From: Macrostomum lignano
Taxonomy: Eukaryota
Reading direction: 5' to 3'
Length of the DNA stretch: 64,000 nucleotides
NCBI GenBank assembly: GCA_002269645.1
Contig: NIVC01002273.1
Location: 19,046-83,045, forward strand
Both the position numbers and the translations under genes were made by a program. Below are positions 34,705 through 48,356 of this stretch, piece after piece (position 1 is the stretch's first letter; every line of letters begins with the position of its first letter). A model generated the notes under the pieces. The model worked only from the letters and a program-made list of their open reading frames with translations, ran no database searches and had not been told where the DNA came from.

Positions 34705-35709
34705 GAGCGGGCCAAATTCCTTCTATAAGCTTGTGAGTCTAAGCCAAAGCAGCACAGTTAATTTTGCAAATTTTTATGCGCTATAGCACCCCCACAGAGT
34801 CAACGCACGCTGCCGAGCAGGCGCGTAAAGGCTTCATTTGAATTGATAGTCTTGCAATATACTCCGTGCGTCTATCAGCACCTTCCCCAAAATGTGGCGA
34901 TTAGGGCCTATGTCACACAAAATCACTTCGCAATTAGTTAAGGCGCTTTGGCACATATAGGTTTTATTAAGATTATTGCAGCTAGATCGATTAACTCAAA
35001 TACAGGAAGCGGATATTAATTTCTCCGCCGGAGATAAACTCGTGCTAGCATTCCGTTGTCTTGTTTCGTTAAATAAATGTTTCGTTAAGTTCCACAGGCT
35101 TCGCCGAAGTGCATGGTCAAATTCATTCGCCGAAGTGGTCTTTCGCCGAAATGGTCAGCACCCAGTCGTTTCAGCGCCTGAATGGTCCTGAATGAAACAT
35201 GCCCTGTGACTGTGACGTTGTCTTTGCCTCGATCTCTTGTCAGTCGAGACACGCTTGACTGGCTGACAACTCATTTTGCGGCAAAATTAGTAACAGTTAC
35301 TTCGGTAGTTATAGCTCGTAGTCATTTACTTATTTACTTATACTAGTTACTTATTTACTAGTAGTTATAGTCATTTGGTGTAGGTTCAGAGCTTTAACAA
35401 TAGACGAATAGTGGGGAAGTGTATTTAGCTGTGCAGAACAGCTGGACCGTGGCTGGTCACCGTCCGTCCGTCCGGCATTCGGACAATATCTAGCAGCGCT
35501 ACGCATTAAAACATTTAAAGTCATTTTAGCATAGTATTCCCGGGAAAACTATTTGATTCTAAATTACAAGAATAAGTATTTATTTAAAAATACATTGTAG
35601 TGTTTCGTAAATAAGCGATTATAAATGCTTAACAGCATTTGAATTTATCGGATGGTCCGACGGCTTCGGAAAGCTATCCATCACGTGTCACCGAATCATG
35701 GAATGCACG

Positions 35710-37029
35710 GGTCTACGACGTTTGCCTGCCGGACGTTTGCCAGCCGACGTTTGCCTGCGAGGCTTTTGCCAGACGACGTTTGCCAGCCGACGTTTGCCTG
35801 CGAGACGTTTGCCAGCCGACGTTTGCCTGCGAGACGTTTGCCAACCGACGTTTGCCAGCCGACGTTTGCCTGCCGGACATTTGCAGGCGGCAATTGGTTA
35901 AAGAAGTATGCCCTCTCTAGGCTTACATGTACTTGCATTTGAAAACTGTGGACACAGCACTAATCTAATTCCACCTCGCTCCCTACTACTGCTATTAAAT
36001 ATACAGGTTACTAACACTACTGTTCAGGCTTATTGAAGTTATTGCTCTTGTCTGCCTAAATAGGAAGGTAAAAATACAAAATAGGAGTTTCCATCGTCAC
36101 AGTTGGTGTCTATGTATTTCATGGAATGGCCCTTTCCATCTCAGTGGCCAAACAAGCTGAGTGTTTACAAGCTAGATGGGAAAAGACTCAGACATTCATA
36201 ATGGTATTGGCCTAGTCTCGCCTATATATACTTAACTCAAAAGCCAAACTCTGCTTAACGGAGTTTGGCCATGACAGCGTGCACTTGACAAGCTGCATTG
36301 GAATTAATTCGCTTTTGGATCTCCCAATGAACTGGGAAATATATAAGCCAGAATTATCGTTCAGCAGTTCTTTTATTTGCTCAAAACTTGGCTCGCTGGA
36401 GATTCCCGTTTAAATTTGCGTGTCTTCATTCGCAAATCAAAAATGAAACATCTCAAACTGGGAAAAGTGATACAAAACTGTCAGAAGTAAACTTTATAAT
36501 ATTTTCACATTCAAAGAATTTGTTGTTAAACTAGATGCTAGATTGATGAACGGCATAATTTGTATAGATTTTGTTTTCGAACTTTTATACATGCGAACAA
36601 CCGTCAAAAAGTTGGACTAAAAAAGGTTTTTTCAACCCGCTAAACTGCGAATATTTCAGTATCAAATTTTTCACTCACACTGACTTAATGTTGGCTGGCA
36701 AACGTCGGCTAGCAAACGTCCCGCAGGCAAACGTCGGCTGGCAAACGTCGGCTGGCAAACGTCGGCTGGCAAACGTCGGCTGGCAAACGTCGGCTGGCAA
36801 ACGTCGGCTTGGCAAACGTCGGCTGGCAAACGTCGGCTAGCAAACGTCCCGCAGGCAAACGTCGGCTGGCAAACGTCGGCTGGCAAACGTCGGCTGGCAA
36901 ACGTCGGCTGGCAAACGTCGGCTGGCAAACGTCGGCTGGCAAACGTCGGCTTGGCAAACGTCGGCTTGGCAAACGTCGGCTGGCAAACGTCCCGCAGGCA
37001 AACGTCCCGCAGGCAAACGTCGCTATCCC
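35710..37029. mobile_element. Foldback-type non-autonomous element with inverted arrays of short tandem repeats
   Basis: CGACGTTTGCCAGC array (35716-35880) versus GCTGGCAAACGTCG array (36690-37022). TSD GAATGCACG at 35701-35709 and 37030-37038. Confidence 0.85.
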
Positions 37030-37595
37030 GAATGCACGACGGACGTGGGTGCAGTTAGAATCGAGGTAAGGTACATCTTATTATGAATGAAGTTAGTCAT
37101 AAGATCGTCGCCATCGGATGTGAAACAGCGATCATCTCAAGCCTACATTATCATCGATGATATACCTTGTGTACAGACCCAAAGCGACACTAAATCTCTT
37201 CAAGCAACATTTCCTTCTAGTTATTTTTTCGTCTTCTTTTGCATTAGAGTGAATGACCATTTTGCATTGATAAATTATAGAGTAGAAAATATAGTAGGTG
37301 AAAGCATACAAACCTTAGAGATTTAGTATATTTAGATGGTCCGGCACTGGCCGCATCTTCAATGTACATGTAGTTCGCGTTACATTGATTGGATTGACTT
37401 CTTACCTAGCCTTACGTAACCTAATATTTTAAGCTAGCCTCATTGGCTAAGATTGCGGCTTCACCCCACCCACCCCAGCAAGCCTACCCAACCAACCAGC
37501 CAGAACTGCACTAACTTCTTGATGGGAGAGCTGAATGCGCCTGTGTCTTATCATTCTAACTTCAAGCTGCAGCATTCAGATTGATGCGTCTAGAA

Positions 37596-37945
37596 TGCGC
37601 GCTTGTGCCAGACTCATGCATTCAAGATGCGCGCTTGTGCCAGACTCATGCATTCAAGATGCGCGCTTGTGCCAGACTCATGCATTCAAGATGCGCGCTT
37701 GTGCCAGACTCATGCATTCAAGATGCGCGCTTGTGCCAGACTCATGCATTCAAGATGCGCGCTTGTGCCAGACTCATGCATTCAAGATGCGCGCTTGTGC
37801 CAGACTCATGCATTCAAGATGCGCGCTTGTGCCAGACTCATGCATTCAAGATGCGCGCTTGTGCCAGACTCATGCATTCAAGATGCGCGCTTGTGCCAGA
37901 CTCATGCATTCAAGATGCGCGCTTGTGCCAGTGCGCGCTTGTGTC
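37596..37945. repeat. 32-bp minisatellite (about 11 copies)
   Basis: Unit ATGCGCGCTTGTGCCAGACTCATGCATTCAAG. Confidence 0.95.
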
Positions 37946-39592
37946 ACTGAGAGCAGTTAAAAAATGCGCGCTTTTGTCATGCGCGCTTAATCATACGTCT
38001 CAAGATTAAGGCTATAGTGCCAATAACTATGGTACTTAGTGATCCTTGTATGAACACAGCTAGAGCAGTAAACTCACGTAATTGGCAACAGATCGAGGCT
38101 GAATCCCGTGGGCAATGCAGTACGCCTGGGTAGGTTTGACAAGGTCTTATTTCTCTCTATTCAATGTTTCAGTGTGTGGTATCGCATTTGACTAGATTGA
38201 GACTTTGCAGTAAGAGACCGTATTTCCGGCTAGCGGAGAGCAAATCAAAACGCAACAAAAACAGTAATAGCTATTGAAACTTTTGTAAAAGATTTTTTGC
38301 TCGAAATTGAGTATTCGTTATACAACTTATTTCTTTGTCCGAGTTAAATTGTTTCCTGTTCCACTCGAGCCTGGAATTGTGATGATTTTGAAATTTCATA
38401 CGGATGGTAATAACTTGGTGGTCTCCAGGACGCTGGCATGGGTGATGATCCTAACTCTGCCACTGTCAGCATTGGACTCATACTTTATATCTGCTTCCTT
38501 GCAGAATCTGATTGGTTTCCCATCTATTGACTACACGTAAATTTTGTTTTAATGAAATTCAAGTCTCAGAGCAAAGATAATAAGAATTCAGTTTTTATCG
38601 TTACTTTAAAATTTTCCGTAGCCAAGGCTATTTACAAGAGCATGTGCGCACCATAAATCAACTGCCGGGTATTTTGGCTGATAAGCATCATATTTTCCCC
38701 GTATGCAACGCCGCTCACATTCATCAATGCTACAAACTCATGAGGCTGGGTTGAGTCAATGGGTGAAGCCACACCACTACTGCTGCAGCCCCCATTCCAT
38801 TCCTCTATCTATCTCCCTCTCCTTCCACACCATAGCCTCACGATAAGTGGTCTCACTGGCTGGGAGATTAGGTATGAGGCATGCCTGCGGGGCTGAGCTA
38901 CAGAGGCAGGTGGGAGGCTACAGGCTGCAGCTCAACTGCCAATCCCAAATTTGCGACGAGCAAAAAATCCCCCCCCCAGCATTCTCCGTAGAGGAGAGCC
39001 CTCATCCTTCGCCCAGCCCAGCATACTGCCGAGGTATCGACGGCTCAGCGTCGCGAAAGCAGAACACAGGGATATATAGATCCCCATCGGCTTCTACAAG
39101 AGAGAGAGAGAGAGTGCGAGAGACGCGGAGGCCCAATACGAACGCTCGATCGCTCACAGGCAGAAAATTTCTCCCACACCCCTGGGAGGAACTGCATTCA
39201 ATTTTCTCCTGAAGGGGAGGCGTCGACAGAGGAACAAAAGAAATTGCCAATAATAGCAAGCCTTCGTGCGTGCAGCTTAAAGCCAGCTGTTGGTTGTGCG
39301 ATTTTAAACGCGGCAAAGCAGACTGTTGCTTCAACTGGTTGCTTTAAAAGTCTACAAATTTTGAGTTGGAGAGAGCAAGGAACCTACTTGCATAATATTC
39401 TGACCCCAGCGTCTGACACTTCTTCCAATGACAACCAGCGGAAGCAAAAATATTGGCTGTGCAAAGCCGTTTTTACAACGTCAACAGTCGCAGCACCATC
39501 AGGCGGATGATGGGCGTCAACAAAGACCTCAGAGACGCTGCATTTCTGCCTACAGATTGTTGTCGATTGATCTGTACGACATTGAGCAGCGG

Positions 39593-42500
39593 ATGAGCGC
39601 TGGCCACGGCGATCACGGCAGTGGCTACGACAGAGACCAACTGGTGCTGCTGGCTCGGCGATTTGCAGCTGGTTGCAGCGACGATGAGGACGGCGACGGG
39701 ATGTCCGATGGTGAGCAATGCATGCAGTGTGGTGTGAGCGCGGGATGTCCGATGGCATGGAAGGGGGAATGTGGAGGGGGAATCCGAGGGAATGTGCAAC
39801 GGTGAGCTATATAGGATCTGAGACCCAAATGATAAAGACTCAAATGGGAACTTTTTTAGAAGAATCAATTTGCAGAAATAATTGGTCGATGCGATGTCCG
39901 CTATGGCGAGTCAAACAAACTGGGGGCTTTCAGAACAATAGCAGATCAAGCAGTTGAGGTTGGTAGAGTTGCCATATAAAAAAATTGACATGATGGGCCA
40001 ATGTGTCAAGCTGTCAGGCATGCAATGACGAGTGCCGCAGATAGGCATCAACCTGACAGAGCAGAATACCTCGACTGTTTGACGGTTGACGATTCATTTT
40101 AATTGACCTATTGTTGGAAGCTTAGATATTTATGACGGGAAAACGTTAGATTTTACTCTGCATTAGAATATACAATAGGATATACAATTAGGATATGCAT
40201 TGGAATAAACACTGGGATTTTCAATTAGGATATACTTCAGTACATTATAATATAAATTAGGATATACATTAGGATATACATCAGAAAATACTCAAATAGG
40301 GAGACGCATACGACTCCGCCATGAAAGTTTGTTTGTTAAACATCTCAACGTGATCACATCACTTAGGATTTCGAACGTTTGCCAAATCCCAGTGACACAG
40401 TGGACACACCCTAGCCTGTTAATCGCATGCTGCATGTCCACTGTCACCAGAAGTTTTCCCAGAGCGCACAACCACAACTGCATACCCGTACAGCAATCCG
40501 ATGTCAATGACGGATATGTATTTTTACATTGCACCGACGTTCAGTCGACGTACGACGTCATTATCTGTCGATGTACTGCAAAAGCACAAATTTGTAATCG
40601 AAGTCAATAGAGGTCCGGAACGTCGGCCAGATGTCGCCGACGTCGGATAGTAATAGCTGTATAGCTATAATTAATACTCTCGCTTCAGGCGTCCAGGACA
40701 TCGATCTCGGCAGGTCGGCAGACCTTCGCAACGCAACAGCCGGCTGGCTGCCCCGCTCCCAGTCCATGCTCTCTCGACCGCAGCTGCGGCCGCGACAATC
40801 CTCCACCATGCTGCTGCTCCCGAAATCAGGCGCGCCAGCTTCAACAACGGGGCCAACAGCCGAGGCCGACAATCTCAACCGGATTCGCTACCTAACAGCT
40901 TGTGCTCAGTTTGGCGCGAAGCCGTCTCAGAAATTCGTCAACTGCCTGGTTAAACAGTCGGCCATTGTGGAGCTGCGCGGCCTGCACCTGGGCCATAGTG
41001 GAGCCGCCGCTTGCGCCGCCGCGCTCAAGGTGAGAAGTTCCTGGAAGGAGTGAGTGCTCTCGCTTTATAGCGAGCTCAGCCATGACCCAGTATAGCAGAT
41101 CAAGGGACTGGGCTTCTCTGAGGCCTCATCTGGCATTGATCTCATATTATATCATGGCCACAGAGTCTGGTCAAAATTCATCAAAGCAACTTCGCACGGA
41201 TCTGCAGTGGACCTTCAGTTGGTTGACTGCAGCACAGCAGACGTTGGAATCAGCAACAGAAGCCGGTGTTCATCAATCAAATTGTCTCGGTTAAAACAGA
41301 AATCATTGCATGCCATACATACGAGAATCATGTAACGATTTGATAAGCACGCCTACTTGAGGGCCTACTTGAGGACGAGAGAAGTCAGGGCAGAGCTTGA
41401 AGTGTTGCTTGGCCTAAGACTGACACACTGGGGGGAGTAGCCTCTTATGAATATGTACCATGGTATGCCCATGTTTCATTTCAGAGCCAGAAAGTACATT
41501 TATTTGGCATTAGCAATTCCTGTTCCAATTTTACTTTCAGTCAGTAACAAAAATTTCAAATACAATGGCGGGTTCTAATCGGCTTCGCGTGTGCCAGTCT
41601 GAGGTTTCTGAGATGTCAACTTCGCATTTAAGCACGAATTTAATCACCTGGCTTGGAACTGTGTCTATCAGTTCACACCTGTCTCATTGTACAGCGCACT
41701 GAATGGATTAGTCAGTGCTTCTCTCTGCCAGCTTTCCACGATATAGTATTCAGTTTGTAGAGAATTAAAAGTCACGGGAAAAATTTCTATTGAATTGGAA
41801 AATCTCAGAATCTAATATTGCTTGAACTTTTATAATTAAACTTTTAATTCGTGACGGACAGTAGGGATTGGGTTTTTCTGCCCGGTAACACAGGATAAAA
41901 ATCGTGATTCCAGAACAATGCGCATCTTCGCTCGCTAATCCTCGAGGACAATGAGCTGCGCTGCCTCGGCTGCCAGCAGCTGCTGCCCATCGTTATGGAC
42001 AATCCATTCCTCACTGAGCTGGTGAGTCAGTCACGCTGACGCTGGAGTCTTGCCCACCATCCTGAATGTACATACTGCCCTCAATGTACACACTGCTCTC
42101 AATGTACACACTGCCCTCAATGTACACACTGCCCTCAATATACACACTGCCCTCAATGTACACACTGCTCTCAATGTACACACTGCCCTCAATGTACTCA
42201 CTGCCCTCAATGTACACACTGCCCTCAATGTACACACTGCCCTCAATGTACACACTGCCCTCAATGTACACACTGCCCTCAATGTACACACTGCCCTCAA
42301 TGTACACACTGCCCTCAATGTACACACTGCCCTCAATGTACACACTGCTCTCAATGTACACACTGCCCTCAATGTAAGCAGTGTCCTCAATGTATACACC
42401 ACCCCAAATATACACCGAAGCCACTCTCACACCACCCCAAATATACACTAAGCCACTCTCACACCACCCCAAATATACACTGCAGCCACTCTCACACCAC

Positions 42501-45500
42501 CCCAAATATACACTGAAGCCACTCTCACACCACCCCAAATATACACTGCAGCCACTCTCACACCACCCCAAATATACACTGCAGCCACTCTCACACCACC
42601 CCAAATATACACTGAAGCCACTCTCACACCACCCAAAATATACACTGAAGCCACTCTCACACCACCCCAAATATACACTGAAGCCACTCTCACACCACCC
42701 AAAATATACACTGAAGCCACTCTCACACCATCCCTAAATGAAGCAAAGCACTCCGAGCACAAATCAATCAACACCGAAAGTAAATCCATTTCGTTAAGAT
42801 TTGACTCTGCCACTCTTCAACCAACAGAGACTGATCAATAACGCCATCAACTTGAGAGGCCTGACCCAACTCACCGATGCTTTGATTAAAACTGGTAGCC
42901 TGAAAATTCTCGACCTCTCAGGTAAGTCTGAAAAGAACTGAAAGGGAAGGCATGCTTGAAGAGCCTTTCTTTTGTCTTGCACTTTGGCAAATAAAAGCCC
43001 GTTGAAAGAAGAGCCTATTTGAACTTCTCACCTCAGCTGCAATGCGTCGTTTTGTTTTAGGAAACCGATTCGAGGAGAAGTGCGGACTGCAGCTGCGAAG
43101 ACTGCTTGAGGTAGAGGAGAAACTTTTTTTTAATTTAAGAAAAGTACTGGAGTAACAAATTTTGAGGGTCAAGCCTGCTCACACTGACACTGAGCTCAAA
43201 AGTATTTTAATTACAGAGTGAAATGCCATATTTACCGTATTTTGCAGGAAAACCGGTCCATCGAGGAGCTGCACGTGGGGCATAACAACTTTAGAGAGAA
43301 AGGTACCATCGCGATCGCGTACGGATTAGGTGAGACAGAAGATTAACTGACAATATGACTGACTGACTAACAGATTGATTAGCAGAAATGCAGGAAGACA
43401 GGTACACTACGACATACTCGTATTTAATCGGATAAATCTTTAAGCGACACATCGACAAACACTAATACAGGAACCAGGTCAGGCATCAAGTCAGACACCG
43501 AGTAAGACATCAAGTCAGACACCAAGTCAGGCACCAAATCAGGCTTCAAGTCAGACACCGAGTCAGACACCAAGTCAGGCACCAAGTCAGGCACCAAGTC
43601 AGACACCAAGTCAGACACCAAGTCAGACACCAAGTCAGACACCAAGTCAGACACCAAGTCAGACATCAAGTCAGACACCAGGTCAGACACCAAGTCAGAC
43701 ACCAAGTCAGACACCAAGTCAGACACCAAGTCAGACACCAAGTCAGACACCAAGTCAGACACCAGCTCAAGCATCAAGTCAGACACCAAGTCAGACACCA
43801 AGTCAGACACCAAGTCAGACATCAAGTCAGACATCAAGTCAGACACCAGGTCAGACACCAAGTCAGACACCAAGTCAGACACCAAGTCAGACACCAAGTC
43901 AGACACCAAGTCAGACACCAAGTCAGACACCAAGTCAGACACCAAGTCAGACACCAAGTCAGACATCAAGTCAGACACCAGGTCAGACACCAAGTCAGAC
44001 ACCAAGTCAGACACCAAGTCAGACACCAAGTCAGACACCAAGTCAGGCACCAAGTCAGACACCAGATCAAGCATCAAGTCAGACACCAAGTCAGACACCA
44101 GATCAAGCACCAAGTCAGACACCAGGTCAGAAACCAGGTCAGACATCAAGTCAGACACCAAGTCAGACACCAAGTCAGACACCAAGTCAGACACCAAGTC
44201 AGACACCAAGTCAGACACCAAGTCAGACACCAAGTCAGACACCAAGTCAGACACCAAATCAGACATCAAGTCAGACACCAAGTCAGACACCAAGTCAGAC
44301 ACCAAGTCAGACACCAAGTCAGACACCAAGTCAGACACCAAGTCAGACATCAAGTCAGACACCAGGTCAGACACCAAGTCAGACACCAAGTCAGACACCA
44401 AGTCAGACACCAAGTCAGACACCAAGTCAGACACCAAGTCAGACACCAAGTCAGACACCAAGTCAGACACCAAGTCAGACACCAAGTCAGACACCAAGTC
44501 AGACACCAAGTCAGACACCAAGTCAGACACCAAGTCAGACACCAAGTCAGACACCAAGTCAGGCACCAAGTCAGACACCAAGTCAGACACCAAGTCAGAC
44601 ACCAAGTCAGACACCAAGTCAGACACCAGATCAAGCACCAAGTCAGACACCAGGTCAGAAACCAGGTCAGACATCAAGTCAGACACCAAGTCAGACATCA
44701 AGTCAGACACCAAGTCAGACACCAAGTCAGACACCAAGTCAGACACCAAGTCAGACACCAAGTCAGACACCAAGTCAGACACCAAGTCAGACACCAAGTC
44801 AGACACCAAGTCAGACACCAAGTCAGACACCAAGTCAGACACCAAGTCAGGCACCAAGTCAGACACCAAGTCAGACACCAAGTCAGACACCAAGTCAGAC
44901 ACCAAGTCAGACACCAGATCAAGCACCAAGTCAGACACCAGGTCAGAAACCAGGTCAGACATCAAGTCAGACACCAAGTCAGACATCAAGTCAGACACCA
45001 AGTCAGACACCAAGTCAGACACCAAGTCAGACACCAAGTCAGACACCAAGTCAGACACCAAGTCAGACACCAAGTCAGACACCAAGTCAGACACCAAGTC
45101 AGACACCAAGTCAGACACCAAGTCAGACACCAAGTCAGACACCAAGTCAGACACTAAGTTAGGCACGCGAAAATGACTGCTCACCTTCCTGCTGACAGAG
45201 GCCCTTGCCTCCTGGATTAGTAGCTGGTGCTTAAAGAATTCCTGGGAACTAAAAAAAACTAGCTAACCAATTGTATCATGTGTTTTTCATTCTCAATCTC
45301 ACTCCTAAACAGCGTCTAACGAATCAGTGAAGTTTCTGGACATATCCTGGAACCACATCAGGCTAAGCGGAGCAGTTTGCCTGTGCGACTGTCTCCGGGT
45401 GAATCGCACGCTGGAGACAGCCTTGCTGGGCTGGAATGGCCTCTATATCGAGGGCTGCAGGTCCCTAGCGAAGTCTCTGCCAGCCAATGACACGCTGAAA

Positions 45501-48356
45501 TGCCTGGACATCTCATGCAACCGAATCGACATCAAGTGCCTGGAGTTCTTGTTCAAGGGCCTGAAAGGCAACACGGCATTGAAGCGACTTCAAATCGGTC
45601 AGAATCCGTTGACAGCGCAGAACATCAAAGTATTCCTCAGCAAAGTGGAGGAGCAGCACTTCAACATTGAAGAGCTGGATGTGACAGTGAGTTCCGAGTC
45701 AAAACGTCTTGTGTAGACTCATTTTAAGTTTTGATGGTCTTGGTAGAGTTTGTGACAGGCCATAAATTTTGGGTGGCATTCCTGCGTTCGTAGTGGAAGT
45801 TTTGCAACTGCCATCGGTTACATGTACATCCATGCCTGATGAGGAGAAACCTTTGGGAAGGAGGAAGTTGTCATACGAGCTAGATACTGTAGTGGCAGTT
45901 GTGCAAAGACCCCTTTACAGTGATACGGGGTACATGCTAAAAATTCTTTGCATTCCCTCGCCACACCCACAGGGCCTAACGGTCGACCCTCAAAGTGTCG
46001 CCATTGCCGAGCGAATTGGCCAATCTAGAAAGTTCGCCATCATTTACGGTGTGCTGCTGAAACAGGAGAGCAAAGCGGAGGACGACGACCAGTTTCTCAA
46101 TGACGACCCCATGATGGTGGGTATAGTTTCTCACTATCAAAGTACGCGACGTCTGTTTGCTAATTCGTTCGAGAGGGGTTTTGGCGAAATAGACCCGCTG
46201 CCAGATAGGAGGCCAACATGGATGTTAGCATGTACACTCTCCGTGCAATAAGGACAGGGCCTCATAGCAGAGAATCGTACGACAAACCCCGAATCGGGAA
46301 TCGAACTGAAATAATTTGGGTTCGGAGCCGAATGCGTTCCCACTGAGCAACTCTGACCTTGTACCTGACGTTAGTTACTGCAGTTGCTTAATTCACTTTT
46401 TCCCACCTTTAATCGCACACCTTCAGGTACTCATGGAGTTCATGAAGCTGAAGAATATGCGCCTCGTGGACTTGTTTCTCAGTCTGGACGCCGACGGTAG
46501 CAAGTCTTTGTCTCACAAAGAATTCAAGGAAGGGCTGGCCGTGAGTTGAAAACATTTGGCAACTTTTCTCTTTCGTTGCTTGTGAAGTAGCTCGTACTTT
46601 CGGGTTTTTCGGGGTGGCCTGGTAGGTCTTGAATCCCACCGCTGCCACCAATGAAGTACAGAGCTTTTACTTCCCGATTTACAGGCACCTAAGTTATGCC
46701 TTAAGTCTCGCGCCTTTTCTTCGAAGTCTTCTTGTAGCTCTTGTAGTACTGCCACCAGTTCCTTCAAGTCTCTGCCTTCGGTGAGGTGAGCTTCCCGTCG
46801 GAACGAAATAAACAAGTCAACGAACTCAGCACAGCGTGCAGATTAGAAGATTATCGAATAAGGCGTCCTGGTCAGCAGATCCCGTCGGGCTCAGTGGGTG
46901 GTTGGGAAGGCCTGTTAGCCTCCTTTAGGCTTGGGCGTCTAAGTTTAGCCAGGCCAATAAAGGAAGAGTTGATTGGACAATAGAACTGTCAGAAAACTTT
47001 CGGAAACTGAGAAACTGGACACTAAGAATTGAGAAACTAAGAACTAGACTTGAAAAACACTGAAACTCCTTGACTGAACCGAGGGTGAGGGGTCCGTATT
47101 TATAGCCTGGGATTCTCCACTGCCCCAATGTGCAAAAGACCTCGTGACTTTATTCTAGTTTTAGAACTGACGTCACTTGGAGTCCTCCGGCACAGTGCAC
47201 CAGGCTGTGACTCAGTGTCTATTTTTAGAAACATGAGTTACTCCTTTCCTTAGAGAAGGGAAGGGCCTCAGGCACGTGATTCCTCAGTAAACTCGCGGAC
47301 CAGCAAGTGTAGGACTTCGAGAAAACAAGACTTGTCATGTGACTTGCTCACATGACAAGGGAAACAGGCCATCAGCGTGACCTCAGGACAGGAACGAAAC
47401 GCAGAGCAGGCCACAGCCGAGAAGCTCATGGCTGCAAGCAAGAGCGCAGAGAAGAGGGGGGAGGGAGGAAACAGTCAGAAAAGGGGAGGGAGGCTGCCCA
47501 GCGGCAGACAGCAACCCAGGGCGAGGGCAAGGGCGAAGGAAGCTGCTGACAATAGTGCGACGCCTAACATCAAACTGGCGGCTCACTACACTTGCACATC
47601 TAAATTTGATGACGAGCTTGAAATCAATTAATTTTGTTGCCGCGCGAGACATTCGACCAAAAAGTCACGCAATCAGCGGTCAAAAAATCCTGAATCTAGA
47701 CTAATTGAAAGTCAAGTTCAAGATTCAATTCCAAATCTAATTGATTCTTGTTATTTCCTTAACAGTAAAATGATAGTTAGATAGCGTTAAAAATACAACT
47801 GAAACCGATGTACGGATACCGCCTGCAAACAGGTTGACTATGAAATGAATGTCAGCGAAAACCTTGCAAGTTAAAACAAATTGGCTCCACACTGATTGGC
47901 AGCCACTGAACTCCCAAACCCGACCCGACCCTGCAGACCGTGGGCGTGCCCATGTCGCCAATGTGCGTCCAAAGACTGGTTCGCGTGCTAGACCGGGACG
48001 GAGACGGTGAGATCGACTACTCCGAGCTGATCGGCGGCCAGCGCGAGCACCGTCGACGCTTGATGAAAATCCAAGCCATGGAGCGCAACGTGCCCTACGA
48101 GGAGACTGAGCTGGGCTCCATCAATCTTAAGCTGCGCCGCCTGCTGGCTAAACGAGAGCGCGCTATGCGCGAGGCTCGCGCGGCCGAGACGGCGTCTGCC
48201 AGCGCGCCAAGCGCTTCGTCGACATCCGGAGCGACCGGCAGCGCCTCGGCCGCAGGCGGCTTTAGTCGCAAACAGGCGCCGCAGTCGTCAGGACCGCGCA
48301 TTCTCGACGTGGCCCTGAAGGCCTTCAACAATGCTAACTCCTCGGTGACTGAGTGA
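39593..48356 (+). CDS. Leucine-rich repeat plus EF-hand pair protein (LRRC74-like), 10 exons, about 614 aa
   Basis: Exons 39593-39710, 40689-41029, 41914-42021, 42828-42921, 43061-43110, 43248-43329, 45313-45686, 45973-46116, 46427-46540 and 47937-48356; all GT-AG and phase-compatible (1845 nt). RI-like LRRs (LDISWNHI, LDISCNRI); EF-hands DADGSKSLSHKE and DRDGDGEIDYSE. The first exon and start codon are least certain. Confidence 0.85.
42060..42390. repeat. 18-bp intronic minisatellite
   Basis: Unit TGTACACACTGCCCTCAA. Confidence 0.95.
42395..42735. repeat. 33-bp intronic minisatellite
   Basis: Unit CCACTCTCACACCACCCCAAATATACACTGAAG. Confidence 0.93.
43470..45160. repeat. 12-bp intronic minisatellite (about 140 copies)
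   Basis: Unit CAAGTCAGACAC. Confidence 0.97.
46631..47570 (-). mobile_element. LTR retroelement remnant (LTR plus tRNA-Leu PBS) in an intron of the LRR gene; right boundary uncertain
   Basis: The minus strand reads ...TACTTCA-T-TGGTGGCAGCGGTGGGATTC (PBS 46650-46631, complementary to the tRNA-Leu 3' end). TATAAAT lies on the minus strand near 47100, and a TG start is possible at about 47569. Confidence 0.6.

Larger units (their letters stand above)
31311..35163 (-). mobile_element. Mutator-superfamily (Phantom-like) element, about 3.85 kb
   Basis: Inverted termini built from CCATTTCGGCGAA motifs. Flanks AGTAGTTTC (31302-31310) / AGTCGTTTC (35164-35172) form an 8/9 TSD. Contains FLYWCH and MULE remnants. 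Confidence 0.7.

Noticed and set aside
38660-38780. Possible SINE core fragment
   Set aside because: Only vague resemblance; no A/B boxes, tail or TSD identified.
46631-46650. tRNA-Leu gene
   Set aside because: Only the last 20 nt including CCA are present, with no D or anticodon arms; interpreted as a PBS.
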